Source: an uncultured delta proteobacterium (lineage in GTDB: Bacteria; Desulfobacterota; Binatia; UBA9968). Taken from it: 64,000 nt of DNA. The stretch lies in NCBI GenBank assembly GCA_963745035.1, contig CAVUVW010000011.1:64001-128000 (forward strand), given 5' to 3'. The notes below the pieces were generated by a model. The model made no database searches, was not told where the DNA came from, and was given only the letters and a program-made list of their open reading frames with translations. Shown here piece after piece: positions 53,388 through 63,340 of the stretch. The position numbers and the translations under genes were made by a program. Position 1 is the stretch's first letter; each line of letters begins with the position of its first letter.

Positions 53388-53759
53388 ATGGACGTCAGCG
53401 GCACGATGCAGGTAATCACGGCGTATGCGATCGCCGTCGGCTTCAAGATCGTCGGCGCAATCGTCTTTTGGCTGATCGGGCGATGGCTCATTGGTCTTGC
53501 CGTGCGGCTGGTCTCCAACGCGTTGGAGCGGCAAAGAGTCGACCCGACTCTGCTCCGCTATCTGGGCACGGTGATCTCCGTCACCCTGAATGTTATTCTA
53601 GTTGTCGCGATCCTCGGCTACTTCGGCGTCGAGACGACGAGCTTCGCCGCCATCGCCGCCGCCGGCGTCGCCATCGGCATGGCGTGGAGCGGCTTGCTCT
53701 CCAACTTCGCCTCCGGCGCCTTTTTGATGGTGTTGCGACCGCGGCTTTCCGCCCGATGA
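53388..53759 (+). pseudogene. mscS: Truncated small-conductance mechanosensitive channel (TM region only)
   Basis: FGVETTSFAA...GMAWSGLLSNFASG...LRP, then homology stops before the expected FKVGD; the next gene starts 82 nt later. Confidence 0.8.
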
Positions 53760-53840
53760 TCCGACGCCGCGGCCGGAATGCATCTTCTCGTCATTCGAGA
53801 GGCAATCCGCTAGGTTGTCTTTAATGGAGCCGTAACCTTC

Positions 53841-54872
53841 ATGCTCTCTCTCAAACTCGGTCTCACCAACAATCCGCGCTTCGGCCAGCTCGTCGACGGC
53901 ACCGCGAAATCGCCGCGCTGCGATCTCGACGTGGTGGTCACGACGCCGCCGGAGCTTTTTTACCGCAATCTCAAAAACGACGAGTTCGACGTCTTTGAAA
54001 TGTCGCTCTCCGAATATCTGATCACTCGCGAAAAGGCGGTCGGCAATCGCTGGCAGTGGTGTGCGCTGCCGATTTTCCCGGCAAAGGCGTTCGTGTGGCT
54101 CGGTCTCTACGTCAACACATCGAGCGGCATTCATTCGCTGGCGGATTTGCGCGGTAAACGCGTGGGCGTCCCCGACTACGTCATGACGGCGGCGCTCTGG
54201 TTTCGCGTGTTTCTGCGCGAGCTCCACGGCATCGGGCCGCGCGAGGTCTCCTGGTATATCGGCCGCACGAAAGATTTGAGCCACGGCGGGCTATTGAATG
54301 CCGACACCGAGCCGCCGCCGGAAGTTCCTATGACCTGGCTCGATGCATCGCAGACCTTCGATGTGATGCTAGATCGCGGTGAGATCGACATCGCCTATGG
54401 CTTTGCGCCGCGCCACGACCCGAAACTCTTTTCTCTCAACATCGACCGCTACGGCGGCACGCCGCTCGAGGGGAATCCGCGCATCGGAAAACTCTTTACC
54501 GACGGCGGCTGCGCCGTGGTCAAAGCTTTCTTTCAGAAGACCGGCATCGTTCCGGCCAACCACGTGATCGTGGCGCAGCGGCGCTTGCTCGAAGAGCATC
54601 CCTGGCTCGGCGCCGAAGTTTTGGAGCTTTTCACCCGGAGTAAGCAAATCGCCTACGAACGAAATAATTTCGGCGCGCCAGCTTATCTTTATTTCGAAGC
54701 GATGAATCGAGCCGAGCAGGCGGCGCTATACGGCGATGACCCGTTTCCCTTCGGCATTGAGAAAAATCGCCATATGCTCGAAACCCTTTTCCGCAGCTCG
54801 CACGAACAGGGGCTCACGCGACGACTCGCAAGAATAGACGACGTCTTTCATCACAGCCTGCTGGACACATAA
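53841..54872 (+). CDS. 4,5-dihydroxyphthalate decarboxylase-like protein (SBP fold, no signal peptide)
   Basis: FDVFEMSLS, LRGKRVGVPDYVMTAALW, IVPANHV and DDPFPFG motifs. Confidence 0.75.
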   Translation: MLSLKLGLTNNPRFGQLVDGTAKSPRCDLDVVVTTPPELFYRNLKNDEFDVFEMSLSEYLITREKAVGNRWQWCALPIFPAKAFVWLGLYVNTSSGIHSLADLRGKRVGVPDYVMTAALWFRVFLRELHGIGPREVSWYIGRTKDLSHGGLLNADTEPPPEVPMTWLDASQTFDVMLDRGEIDIAYGFAPRHDPKLFSLNIDRYGGTPLEGNPRIGKLFTDGGCAVVKAFFQKTGIVPANHVIVAQRRLLEEHPWLGAEVLELFTRSKQIAYERNNFGAPAYLYFEAMNRAEQAALYGDDPFPFGIEKNRHMLETLFRSSHEQGLTRRLARIDDVFHHSLLDT

Positions 54873-54887
54873 AGCGACAAGGAAGCC

Positions 54888-55988
54888 ATGATGGCGGTTC
54901 GATTTCCCACCGTCGATGCCGATGGTCATCTCGAAGAGAATCACATCGACTGGAAGGAGCGCCTACCGGATATCTACAAGGACCGAGCACCGGAGCGCCG
55001 GCAGAGCGGCAATGGTCAACTGCGGACGATTATCGAAGGCAAGCCTTGGCCGCGTCCCGACGGCTTGGGCATCGGCGTGGGCGGCCCGTACAGTCGTCCT
55101 CATCCGCGCCGCCCGGGGATGACCGATCCCAAAGCGCGGCTCGTCGATATGGACAGCGAGGGCATTGACGTGGCCGTGCTGTTCGGCGCCGGACTGGCGG
55201 GAACCCTGCCGGCGTTGGAAGACGGCGGTCTTGCCGCCGCGCTCGCGACCGCGCGCAATAGTTGGCTCGCGGAATACTGCGCGGCGGATCCAGAACGCAT
55301 CAAAGGCACGGCGGCGCTGGCGCAGCAGGATATTTCGGCGAGCGTCAAAGAATTGGAGCGCACCGTAAACGAGCTCGGCTTCGTCGGCGCTTCGCTCTTT
55401 CCCAACGTCAAAGGCCGCCATCTCGGCGATGCCTACTATTTTCCGCTCTACGAAGCCGCCGAACGCCTCGACGTGCCGATCTGCGTGCACATGTTCCTGG
55501 GACGTTACGGCTCGGACGCCGTCGGCACCGACCGGGTCGAAAAATTTTTTTACTCGCATCTGTTCGGCCATCCGTTCGAGCAGATGATCGCGCTGTCGGT
55601 CATCATCGGCGAAGGCGTGCTCGACCGTTTCCCCAAGCTGCGCTTTGTTTTTCTCGAGTCGGGCTGCGGCTGGCTACCCTACTGGTTTGAAAGAATGGAC
55701 GAGCACTACGAGGTGCTCGGCGTGCAGCTACCCGCGCTCAAGATCGAGCCGAGCAGGCTCTTGGAGCGCGGCCAGCTCTACTTCTCCTGCGAAGCGGACG
55801 AAAAGGAGCTCGCGCACGTCGTCGACGTGATCGGCGCCGATTGGATTGTCTTCGCGTCGGACTACAGCCATTTCGACAGTCGCTGGCCCGGCGCCTCCGA
55901 GCCGATCGCAAATCACGCAACGCTCAGCGACGCGGTGAAGCGGAAGATTCTCAACGACAATGCGCGCCGGCTCTATCCCCTGGACTAA
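54888..55988 (+). CDS. Amidohydrolase family 2
   Basis: DADGH, DMDSEGID, FPKLRFVFLE and SDYSH motifs. Confidence 0.88.
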   Translation: MMAVRFPTVDADGHLEENHIDWKERLPDIYKDRAPERRQSGNGQLRTIIEGKPWPRPDGLGIGVGGPYSRPHPRRPGMTDPKARLVDMDSEGIDVAVLFGAGLAGTLPALEDGGLAAALATARNSWLAEYCAADPERIKGTAALAQQDISASVKELERTVNELGFVGASLFPNVKGRHLGDAYYFPLYEAAERLDVPICVHMFLGRYGSDAVGTDRVEKFFYSHLFGHPFEQMIALSVIIGEGVLDRFPKLRFVFLESGCGWLPYWFERMDEHYEVLGVQLPALKIEPSRLLERGQLYFSCEADEKELAHVVDVIGADWIVFASDYSHFDSRWPGASEPIANHATLSDAVKRKILNDNARRLYPLD

Positions 55989-55992
55989 CGCA

Positions 55993-56926
55993 ATGAAAAA
56001 AACAGAATCACTCCTAGCGATCCTCTTCGTGCTGTTTACCCTCTCGCCGGCTCATGGCGAGGACATCAAGATCGGCCTGCCGTCGGTGACCATCACCGCC
56101 ATGCCGTTTTTCGTCGCCAAGGAACACGGCTTCTTCAAGCAGGAAGGCCTCAACGGGGAAATGGTGGTGATGCCGGCGGCGCTGAACATTCGCGTCCTCC
56201 TGGCCGGCGATATCCAGTATGCGGCGACCATCGGTTCCGCCGTTGCCGCGGCGATTCGCGGCATCAACGTGCGCACGGTGATGCTCTTCGTCGATCGCCC
56301 GCTGCAGGATCTCGTTGGCGGAGCCGGCATCAAATCGATACCGGACCTCAGGGGAAAAGTCGTGGCGCTCTCGTCGCGCGGCGGTCTGCAGGACATCATC
56401 ATGCGGCGCATGCTCGCAAAGGCCAAGATCGATTCCACCCAGATCACCATGGTAACCATCGCTGGCCAGACCGCCCTGATCGCGGCCGTGAAAACCGGAC
56501 GGGTCGCCGCGGCGCTGCTCAATCCGCCTTATAATTTCCTCGCCTACCGCGAAGGGCTGAACAACTTGGGATTCTCCGGAGACTTCGTGCGCCTGCCGAG
56601 CACGGGCATCGCGACTCTTGGGTGAAACTCTCGAGCGCAATCCCGATCAAGTGCGGCGCCTGACACGCGCGATAGCGCGCGCCCGCGCTTTTGCCAGAGA
56701 CAACAAGGCCAAGGTGATGCCGACCCTCAAGCGCGCGCTGCGCATCGAAGACGAAGAGCTGCTATCGAAGATCTATGACCAGCACAAACTGGTCGAAACC
56801 GCCGACGGCCGCGTCGATGACGGCCTGATCGCCGACACCATCCGCGACGCGCGCCAGACCGACAAGATCGAGAAAGAAATTCCCGCCAATCAGGTCTTTG
56901 ATTTCTCGTATTTGCCGGCGCGCTGA
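55993..56926 (+). CDS. ABC-type substrate-binding protein, NMT1/THI5-like (frameshift near 56620)
   Basis: Signal peptide; GFFKQEGL and DLRGKVV motifs; C-terminus VFDFSYL in ORF 56618-56926. Confidence 0.82.
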
Positions 56927-56967
56927 CGCCGATGGTGTGATCTCTGCCGCGGTGAATCAAAGGATCA

Positions 56968-57144
56968 TCACCACGGAGTGATTCATGAGTTTCGCTCGCC
57001 CACAGATACTGAGAAAGCATCGGGAAAGATTTCTCGCATCCGCTCGAAATGACAATTAGGCGGACGCATCTGTCATTTCGAATGAAGTGAGAAATCTTTC
57101 TCTACCTGTTATTTTCAAAGGAGCAAAACGAAGGCCACGAAAGG
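56968..57144. repeat. About 175-bp composite intergenic repeat, copy 2
   Basis: Colinear with 34537-34711. Confidence 0.8.
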
Positions 57145-57244
57145 TAAGGATATCGTGGGTTCCGTTGATCTAAGCGGGCTTCGATCGATGCGCAAGCGCA
57201 CCTTATGAGAAACTTTGCGCCCTTGGCGTTCTCTGCGGTTTCCT

Positions 57245-58285
57245 CTACTTGAACTGTGGCATGACTTTTTCGGCGAAGAGCCGGATATTCTTAAGCGCCA
57301 TCTCCTGCGGCATGCCGCCGAAGTGAAACGTGCCGGAGATCGTGGTGAGCCCGTTCGGTTCGCTCCACTTGCGGATCGTGTCGGCCACCCGCTGCGGATC
57401 TCCTGCCAAGACAAACCCTTCCCTGATCTGCGTCTCGGCGGCGCGCTGGACGAGCAGTCCTATTTCTTTGCGATCGGTATCCGCCGCGGTGTGAACTTCG
57501 AGATAGTTGTCCAAATAGGGCGCGGCTTCTTCCACGGCTTTGTCCAAACTGCTCGACACGTAGATATGAAACTTGCCCAAAATATCCGTTTTGCCGGCAT
57601 CATGCCCGGCCTTGGCTAGATTCTCGCGGTAGATTTTTATGAACGCGGGCAAGGCTCCCGGATCGCGATAGAGGTACGGCAAGGTCATCAGATGAAAGCC
57701 GTTTTCTCCCGCCCAGCGAAACGAATCCTCGGTGCGCGCACAACCGACCCAGAAACGCGGATGGGGCCGCTGTACCGGCTTGGGATAGACCGGCACGTTC
57801 TCGTAATTGTAAAACTCGCCTTTGAAATTGACCGGCTTGTCCGACCATGCCTGCAGCATGACTTCGACGCCTTCGTACATGCGCCCGGTCGCTTCCTTTT
57901 GATCGACGCGAAACTTTTTGTACTCGTGCGCCTCGCTGCCCTTGCCGACGCCGAAATCCAATCGCCCGTTGGAAATCACATCGACCATCGCATAGGACTC
58001 GGCGATGTCGATGGGATTATGCAGCGGTAAAACATTGATAGCGACGCCGAGGCGAATTTTTTTGGTCGTCCGCGCGATCGCCGACATGAAAGTCGGCGGA
58101 TGCGGCAAATCGCCGCCGTAGTGCGCGAAATGATGCTCGGTGACCCAGATATGGTCGTAATCGAGCCGGTCCATTTCCTCCATCTGCCCGAACATCTTTT
58201 GATAGAACTCCGACACCGACCCGTCGAGGTCGGGAACGTAGGTTGGTAAATAGTGCGCGCCAAACTTCATCGTTTTCCTAGCCAT
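57245..58285 (-). CDS. LLM class flavin-dependent oxidoreductase
   Basis: WVTEHHF, GRLDFGVGKG, PKPVQRPHP and LFAEKVMP motifs. Confidence 0.9.
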   Translation of the reverse strand: MARKTMKFGAHYLPTYVPDLDGSVSEFYQKMFGQMEEMDRLDYDHIWVTEHHFAHYGGDLPHPPTFMSAIARTTKKIRLGVAINVLPLHNPIDIAESYAMVDVISNGRLDFGVGKGSEAHEYKKFRVDQKEATGRMYEGVEVMLQAWSDKPVNFKGEFYNYENVPVYPKPVQRPHPRFWVGCARTEDSFRWAGENGFHLMTLPYLYRDPGALPAFIKIYRENLAKAGHDAGKTDILGKFHIYVSSSLDKAVEEAAPYLDNYLEVHTAADTDRKEIGLLVQRAAETQIREGFVLAGDPQRVADTIRKWSEPNGLTTISGTFHFGGMPQEMALKNIRLFAEKVMPQFK

Positions 58286-58397
58286 CCGGAATCACAACCT
58301 CCAAAAATTTCATCCCACTAGATATAGGGTGGCGCTCCGCGGGAGTCAACGCTGGGCCGGCGACCGGTTCTACTTAATCTGCCCGAATCGCCAGGGT

Positions 58398-59738
58398 CTA
58401 ACCGCCCATTGCTACCGGCGGAGAAAATACCGTGGGTCCTGTGACCTCGGACTCGAGGGCACGAAGCGCGGTCTGAATAATCTCCCGGCGCAAACGCGCA
58501 TCGAGCTCTTTCGACAGGTTCGGGTCGCCGCACGGGTGTGGAATACTCACGCCTTTCACGATCCGGTTCGCGCGCACCTGTTGCGCCACTGCAAACATCG
58601 CGCTCACGAGCGCCACCGGCAGGCCGGCCTTTTCAAGTTCCTTGCTGATCACAGCGCCGCTGCGACTGCAGGTTCCTCACGTGGCGACGAAAAGAACTCC
58701 TTCCACATTGTCTTTCTTCAAGTCCGCGGCGATTTCCTGACCCATGCGCCGCATGACGGCGGGCGAGCCCTGATTCCCCGGAATAACGTAGTAGGCGGGG
58801 TAGAGCTTCCCGGCGCCGATGGCGCCTTCCGTTTCTAGCGCCCGCAGAGCGTCGAGCGGCACACCGTAGTGCGGATTCTGATTCATGTAGGCAACGTTGT
58901 AGCCGCCGTGCACCGCTTCCCACTTCCCCGGCTCGAGTTCTTTGAGCTCGGCGATGTTGTATTTGCGCCAGTACGTGTTGCGGTACGTCTTGAACTTGTC
59001 CGGGTTGCCGTACGGCACGACGCCGCTGGTCGTCACCACGGCAAGATTGCGACTTTTCGCATGGTCGAGCGGCGGGGCCGGCGCGGCATCGTCCCAAACT
59101 TCCAGCGGCAGCTCGCTCGCGAACGGTTCACCGTGGATTTTCCGGAGCAACATCTCGACGGCGCGCGTCGCGCCGCGGGACTCGGCTTTCTCAATGCGCC
59201 GAATGCCGCGGCCAATGTAGCCTTCTTGTGCTGCGGAACCGATCTCCTCTCCCTGGGCAAGGCGAATCGTGAGGTGAGCCAAGCGGGTCATGGCTTCGCT
59301 CATGCCCGCAGTGGTTTCCGCCGTCGGCAAGCAGTACATCCGCGCATTGGCGAACTCGCGATAAGCGTCCACGCCGGGATTTTCGATGTGCATCGCGGTC
59401 ACGCACGGTATCGCTAGTTCGTTGGCAATTGCATTGCCCGCCTCGACGCAAATCACACCGTAGCGTCCGGAATTGAAAGCGGGCCCGGCAACAACAACTT
59501 GCGGCTCAGCGGCCCGCACGGCATTCAAGATGGCCGTGATCGCCTCATCCTTGTGCTCGTGGAAGTAATTGTCGCCGACATAGATCGTGCGCACGACCTC
59601 CGCCTGTCCGCCGAGTTTCGCCTCCAAAGCCCGCGCCGCGCCGGCGCTGCCCTCGATAATGCCGACGGGCATACCGGCTTTTTCCTCGCCGCCGAGGCCG
59701 GCAAAAAATTGATTGACGACGTGAACGATGTTGATCAT
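58398..59738 (-). CDS. grdB: Glycine/sarcosine/betaine reductase selenoprotein B-like (446 aa, Sec at TGA 58677-58679)
   Basis: NQFFAGLGGEEKA, AGPAFNSGRYG and VHGGY; reading through the TGA gives VAT-U-GTCSRSGAVISKELE...PHPCGDP in one frame; AAGGAG RBS. Confidence 0.9.
58649..58665 (-). promoter_or_regulatory. Putative bacterial SECIS hairpin
   Basis: mRNA UCGCAGC-GGC-GCUGUGA (7-bp stem including one G-U) starting 11 nt after the UGA. Confidence 0.65.
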
Positions 59739-59756
59739 GAGTCTAACTCCTTGAGA

Positions 59757-59842
59757 GTTCAAAACGTTCAAGCCGTTCAATCGCTTCGCTCTGTTCAACC
59801 GGTGGGGGATCGAACGGTTTGAACAATCTGAACGTTTTGAAC
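59757..59842. repeat. Palindromic element of opposed 9-bp GTTCAA / TTGAAC units
   Basis: Perfect terminal inverted repeat GTTCAAAACGTTCA / TGAACGTTTTGAAC. Confidence 0.8.
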
Positions 59843-59844
59843 GG

Positions 59845-61171
59845 CTACGAAATTAATGCTCCGTCGCATCTAAAATTTCCGCCGCCCCAAATATCTGCCC
59901 CGCCGATCATCACGTCGCGCGCTTCCAGCGCTAGTGCGCCGAGCGCAGGCACGGGAGCGGCGCCGGGAAAGGGAAAGATCTTGATCTGTTCGTAGGGCCC
60001 GATCACTCGGTCCATGGCCGGCAACTCGACGGTGCGATCGAGCGCTCCTGTGCTAACGATCGCATCAGCTTCTGGAAGATAGAACAACACCGGACTGTCC
60101 TTCCCTTCCTTGCCGCCGTTCTCGTACGTAACGAGCGTCGTCTTGATCCCCGCTTGCTCGCAGGCGCGCACGGTCAACATCACATCGACAAAGGCGTTGC
60201 CGCCGCCGATCCATGTGACCAGCGCGCCCTCCGCGCCCATCGCCTTGGCCAGGCGCGCCGCATTCTGAGCGCCGACTTCCTTGCCGTGATTCGTTTCAAA
60301 GCGGATGCGCTGCAAGATGACTCCGCCGAAGTTCACGCTATTGCCGTGCGCCGCGTACAATTCCAGCGCCAGAGGATGGTTTTGCCAATCCCATGTCGTC
60401 GGGTAATAGCCGCGGCCCGAGCGCGTCGTATCGACGGTGACCGCGCCGTCAAGAAGCTCGTTCGGATGGATGAACGTAGACAGCGAATTCCGCAGCGATA
60501 AGCCATAGTACCCGACACCCGAGTGCACGTGCTGGGGGTCGGTAATGCATCCTTGAATCAGCATGACGTTGGGCAGGTCGGGATGCTTGTCCGTCAAATC
60601 ATAAATGGAAATTTTCGCGGGCGGCAATTCCGCGGTGACTTGCGCAAGACGCTGAGCAACTTTGAGCTCGGCGGACTGAATCGCGCCATGCGCATCGAGC
60701 TCGCCGAGGCCGGCAGCGATGCGAAAGCTTACGACCAGATGCACATGCGCGCTGAACCGTGAAATCTCCGCGCCGGGGCCGGACATGTCGAGGATCGCGC
60801 TTCGTTGCACCGTCGTGCCAGCCCGGATCGTGCCGTCATAATCGGCGGCTGCAATGACGGTCATGCCCGAGAGACGGTGCGTCCGCCCTTCGCCCACGGT
60901 CGCAACCTCGCCCAGAACACCGGGAAAAACCTGGCCGCTGCCGGAAACTTTGTATCTCGGCTCGACGATGTCCCTGATTCCGGTGATGCGCGTCTTCTCT
61001 CCCGGCGTTGCCACGGCAAGCGTTCACGTCGCTGATCCGCGCATCCTGCCGAAACCAGCGCGATCAACGCCGCTTCATCGACCTCGAAGCACTTCGCTCG
61101 TCGTACTTGAACCGATGCCCCAGCCGAATCTGTTTTACCGGAAATTCTGCGAGTTCGAGTCTCATCATCAT
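59845..61171 (-). CDS. Glycine/sarcosine/betaine reductase component B alpha/beta subunit-like (GrdE family; several frameshifts at 61010-61100)
   Basis: MRLELAEFPV, PGEKTRI...DIVEPRYK, GEGRTHRLSG, LDMSGPGA, HPNELLDGAV and ADAIVSTG motifs. Confidence 0.83.
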
Positions 61172-61179
61172 TCGCGGGA

Positions 61180-61330
61180 GTTCAAAACGTTCAATACGTT
61201 CAAACCGTTCAAGCCCTCACCCCGGATCACGTCCGGGGCAGGCTCTCGTTCCTCCCCCGCGACGCGGGGGAGGATGCAAGGAGGGGGTTTGAACGGAGCG
61301 TAGCGGTTGAACGGTTGGAACGTTTTGAAC
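61180..61330. repeat. Nested palindromic element: 9-bp GTTCAA / TTGAAC arms around CCCTC-type REP hairpins
   Basis: Terminal inverted repeat GTTCAAAACGTTC / GAACGTTTTGAAC; inner ccccggatcacgtccgggg and cctcccccgcgacgcgggggagg hairpins. Confidence 0.8.
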
Positions 61331-61337
61331 GCTTATA

Positions 61338-62411
61338 TTACGGCGCCCCCATGATTTTCCGAAAGTCCTGGATATAAGTTTGCAGATTTGTCCCCAGCTT
61401 GGGGCTCACGACAAAGTCCGGCTTGATCTGAAATTCTTTGAACTTGCTGCGCGCGCCTTTCATGGCGCTGCCTTTGCCCAGATTCGTCGCCAGAAAAGAC
61501 TGCGCCTCTTCGGAAAGCACCCATTCGGCGAACAGCAAAGCGGCATGCGGGTGCGGCGCGTTCTTCGCCACAAACAGCCCTTCGGGTTTGACGATCGCCG
61601 GAGCGAGGACTTTGAAGCCGAGCGGCGCGCCTTTTTCGCGGATGGCCGCCGAGGTCTCGCCGTTGATCGCGATGCCGATAGGATATTCGCCCGAAGTCAC
61701 GACTTGAGTCGTCAGCGTTCCGCCGCGCCGGTAACTTATGTCCTGCTTGGCGAGCCTGCTCAGATAAGCGACCGCTTTCTCTCGTCCCCAGGCGGCCTCC
61801 ATGGCCGCGAGAATATAACCCGCCTCCGGATCGAACAGCATCTTCCCCTTCCACGTGGGCTGAAGCAAATCGTCGTAACTTTTCGGTGCTTGCTCCGCCT
61901 TGACGGCATTGGCGTTGTAAATCAGCGCCGTGGTCAAATAGTACATGCTGTGCCAGGAGCCGGCCGGATCGTAGGTGCCGTCGAAAAAGCGGTTCGCTCC
62001 GGGAATCGCGTAAGGTTGCACAAGGTTGGCGTTGAGCAATTGATAGCCGTAGCTCAGATCGACCTGCACGATATCGAATGCATGCCTGCCGGCGCGCGCT
62101 TCGGTCAACGTCCGGCTGAGAATGCCGTCGCGCGGCGAGAAATAATGATGCAGAGCGATGGAACGATAGCGCTGATTGAAGACGCGCGCGAGCGGCAGGA
62201 ACTCGTCGATCGGCAAAGTGCCGTAATAAACCATTTCTCCTTCGGCTTGAGCGCCTTTGACGAGATAATTGATCCGCTCTTGTGGCTTGAGTGATTTGAT
62301 CTTATCTGCGACTTCGCCGATGGTCGCGGCGCCCGCCGGCAACGCCGACAGGACGCAACAACCGATGAGCAACATAAACCAGCTTGATCGAATTTTTCGA
62401 GCCCGAGACAT
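61338..62411 (-). CDS. Extracellular solute-binding protein (Fe/spermidine-type)
   Basis: Signal peptide; GAQAEG, EARAG, PKSYDDLL and APHPHAALLFAEWVLSEEAQ motifs. Confidence 0.86.
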   Translation of the reverse strand: MSRARKIRSSWFMLLIGCCVLSALPAGAATIGEVADKIKSLKPQERINYLVKGAQAEGEMVYYGTLPIDEFLPLARVFNQRYRSIALHHYFSPRDGILSRTLTEARAGRHAFDIVQVDLSYGYQLLNANLVQPYAIPGANRFFDGTYDPAGSWHSMYYLTTALIYNANAVKAEQAPKSYDDLLQPTWKGKMLFDPEAGYILAAMEAAWGREKAVAYLSRLAKQDISYRRGGTLTTQVVTSGEYPIGIAINGETSAAIREKGAPLGFKVLAPAIVKPEGLFVAKNAPHPHAALLFAEWVLSEEAQSFLATNLGKGSAMKGARSKFKEFQIKPDFVVSPKLGTNLQTYIQDFRKIMGAP

Positions 62412-62515
62412 GAAGCGATTCCTCTTTCCAGTGAGTTGCCAGATTTCCGTTTACAAAACATCCAAGCGAGCGTCAACTCGCAGGATTACGCAGCATGCGC
62501 GACGGCGGCCGCGCG

Positions 62516-63148
62516 TTACGAAGACACTGTCCGAGGTCCGATCGGTCCCTGATAAACCATATCGACGTCCATCTTTTGATAAGCGGCGACAAAACCGTTC
62601 TTGTATTCGTGGCCGCAGTAGTGCGCCGGCTTGAGTTTCTCCCACACAAGATAGCCGTTGGCGTCGACGCAGCCCTCGTCGACCGACGCCGCAACCACTT
62701 TCCCGACCACCATGACCCGGTGCAACCATTGCCTGGTCCATTCCACTTTGCACTCGAAATGGCTTTTGCATTCGGCGATGCGCGGCGGTTTGGCGACCCT
62801 TGACGGCAGCGCCGTCAGCCCCGCTTTTTCCAATTCGTTGACGCCCGGCGGAAACTCTAATCCGCACACCCGGACCTTTTCCAAAATTTCTTTCTCGAAC
62901 GGCGGTACGTTGACGACAAACTCGCCGGTCGACATGACATTGCTGCATGTGTCTTTTGTCGCACCAACGGTAAACGCGATAAACACCGGATCATGGCACA
63001 CGCGCACGCAGGTGCCGAAGGAGGCGGCATTGATTCGGCCTTGGCCGTCCACAGTGGTGATCATCACCAAACAAGCGCTCGGCGCAAACAGCCGATCCCA
63101 GTGTTCGCCCGGCACGTCGATCTTTCTAGCGAAGCTCGATTCGTTCAT
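62516..63148 (-). CDS. Flavin reductase-like FMN-binding protein
   Basis: ITTVD...INAASF, KDT..N....EFVVN, NELEKAGLT and PPRIAEC..HFEC motifs. Confidence 0.86.
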   Translation of the reverse strand: MNESSFARKIDVPGEHWDRLFAPSACLVMITTVDGQGRINAASFGTCVRVCHDPVFIAFTVGATKDTCSNVMSTGEFVVNVPPFEKEILEKVRVCGLEFPPGVNELEKAGLTALPSRVAKPPRIAECKSHFECKVEWTRQWLHRVMVVGKVVAASVDEGCVDANGYLVWEKLKPAHYCGHEYKNGFVAAYQKMDVDMVYQGPIGPRTVSS

Positions 63149-63340
63149 TTCACCGCCTCCTTTAAATTCGATCAGGAACCGAAGTCTATTCGAGTGGCAT
63201 CGGCATCGTCAATGCGTCGCCCTGGAAGACGGCGTAATTTTCCGCGCAAACGTTCAATAAACCGCGTCTCGTTCATCATTTCAGATAATATTTGCAGCCC
63301 AAACGCCACGCTCGTAAAATATGCCTCTAACGAGCCTTGT

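Noticed and set aside
59757-61330. GTTCAA / TTGAAC arrays as CRISPR repeats
   Set aside because: Units are 9 bp with no unique 30-40 bp spacers, and there are no cas genes in the window.
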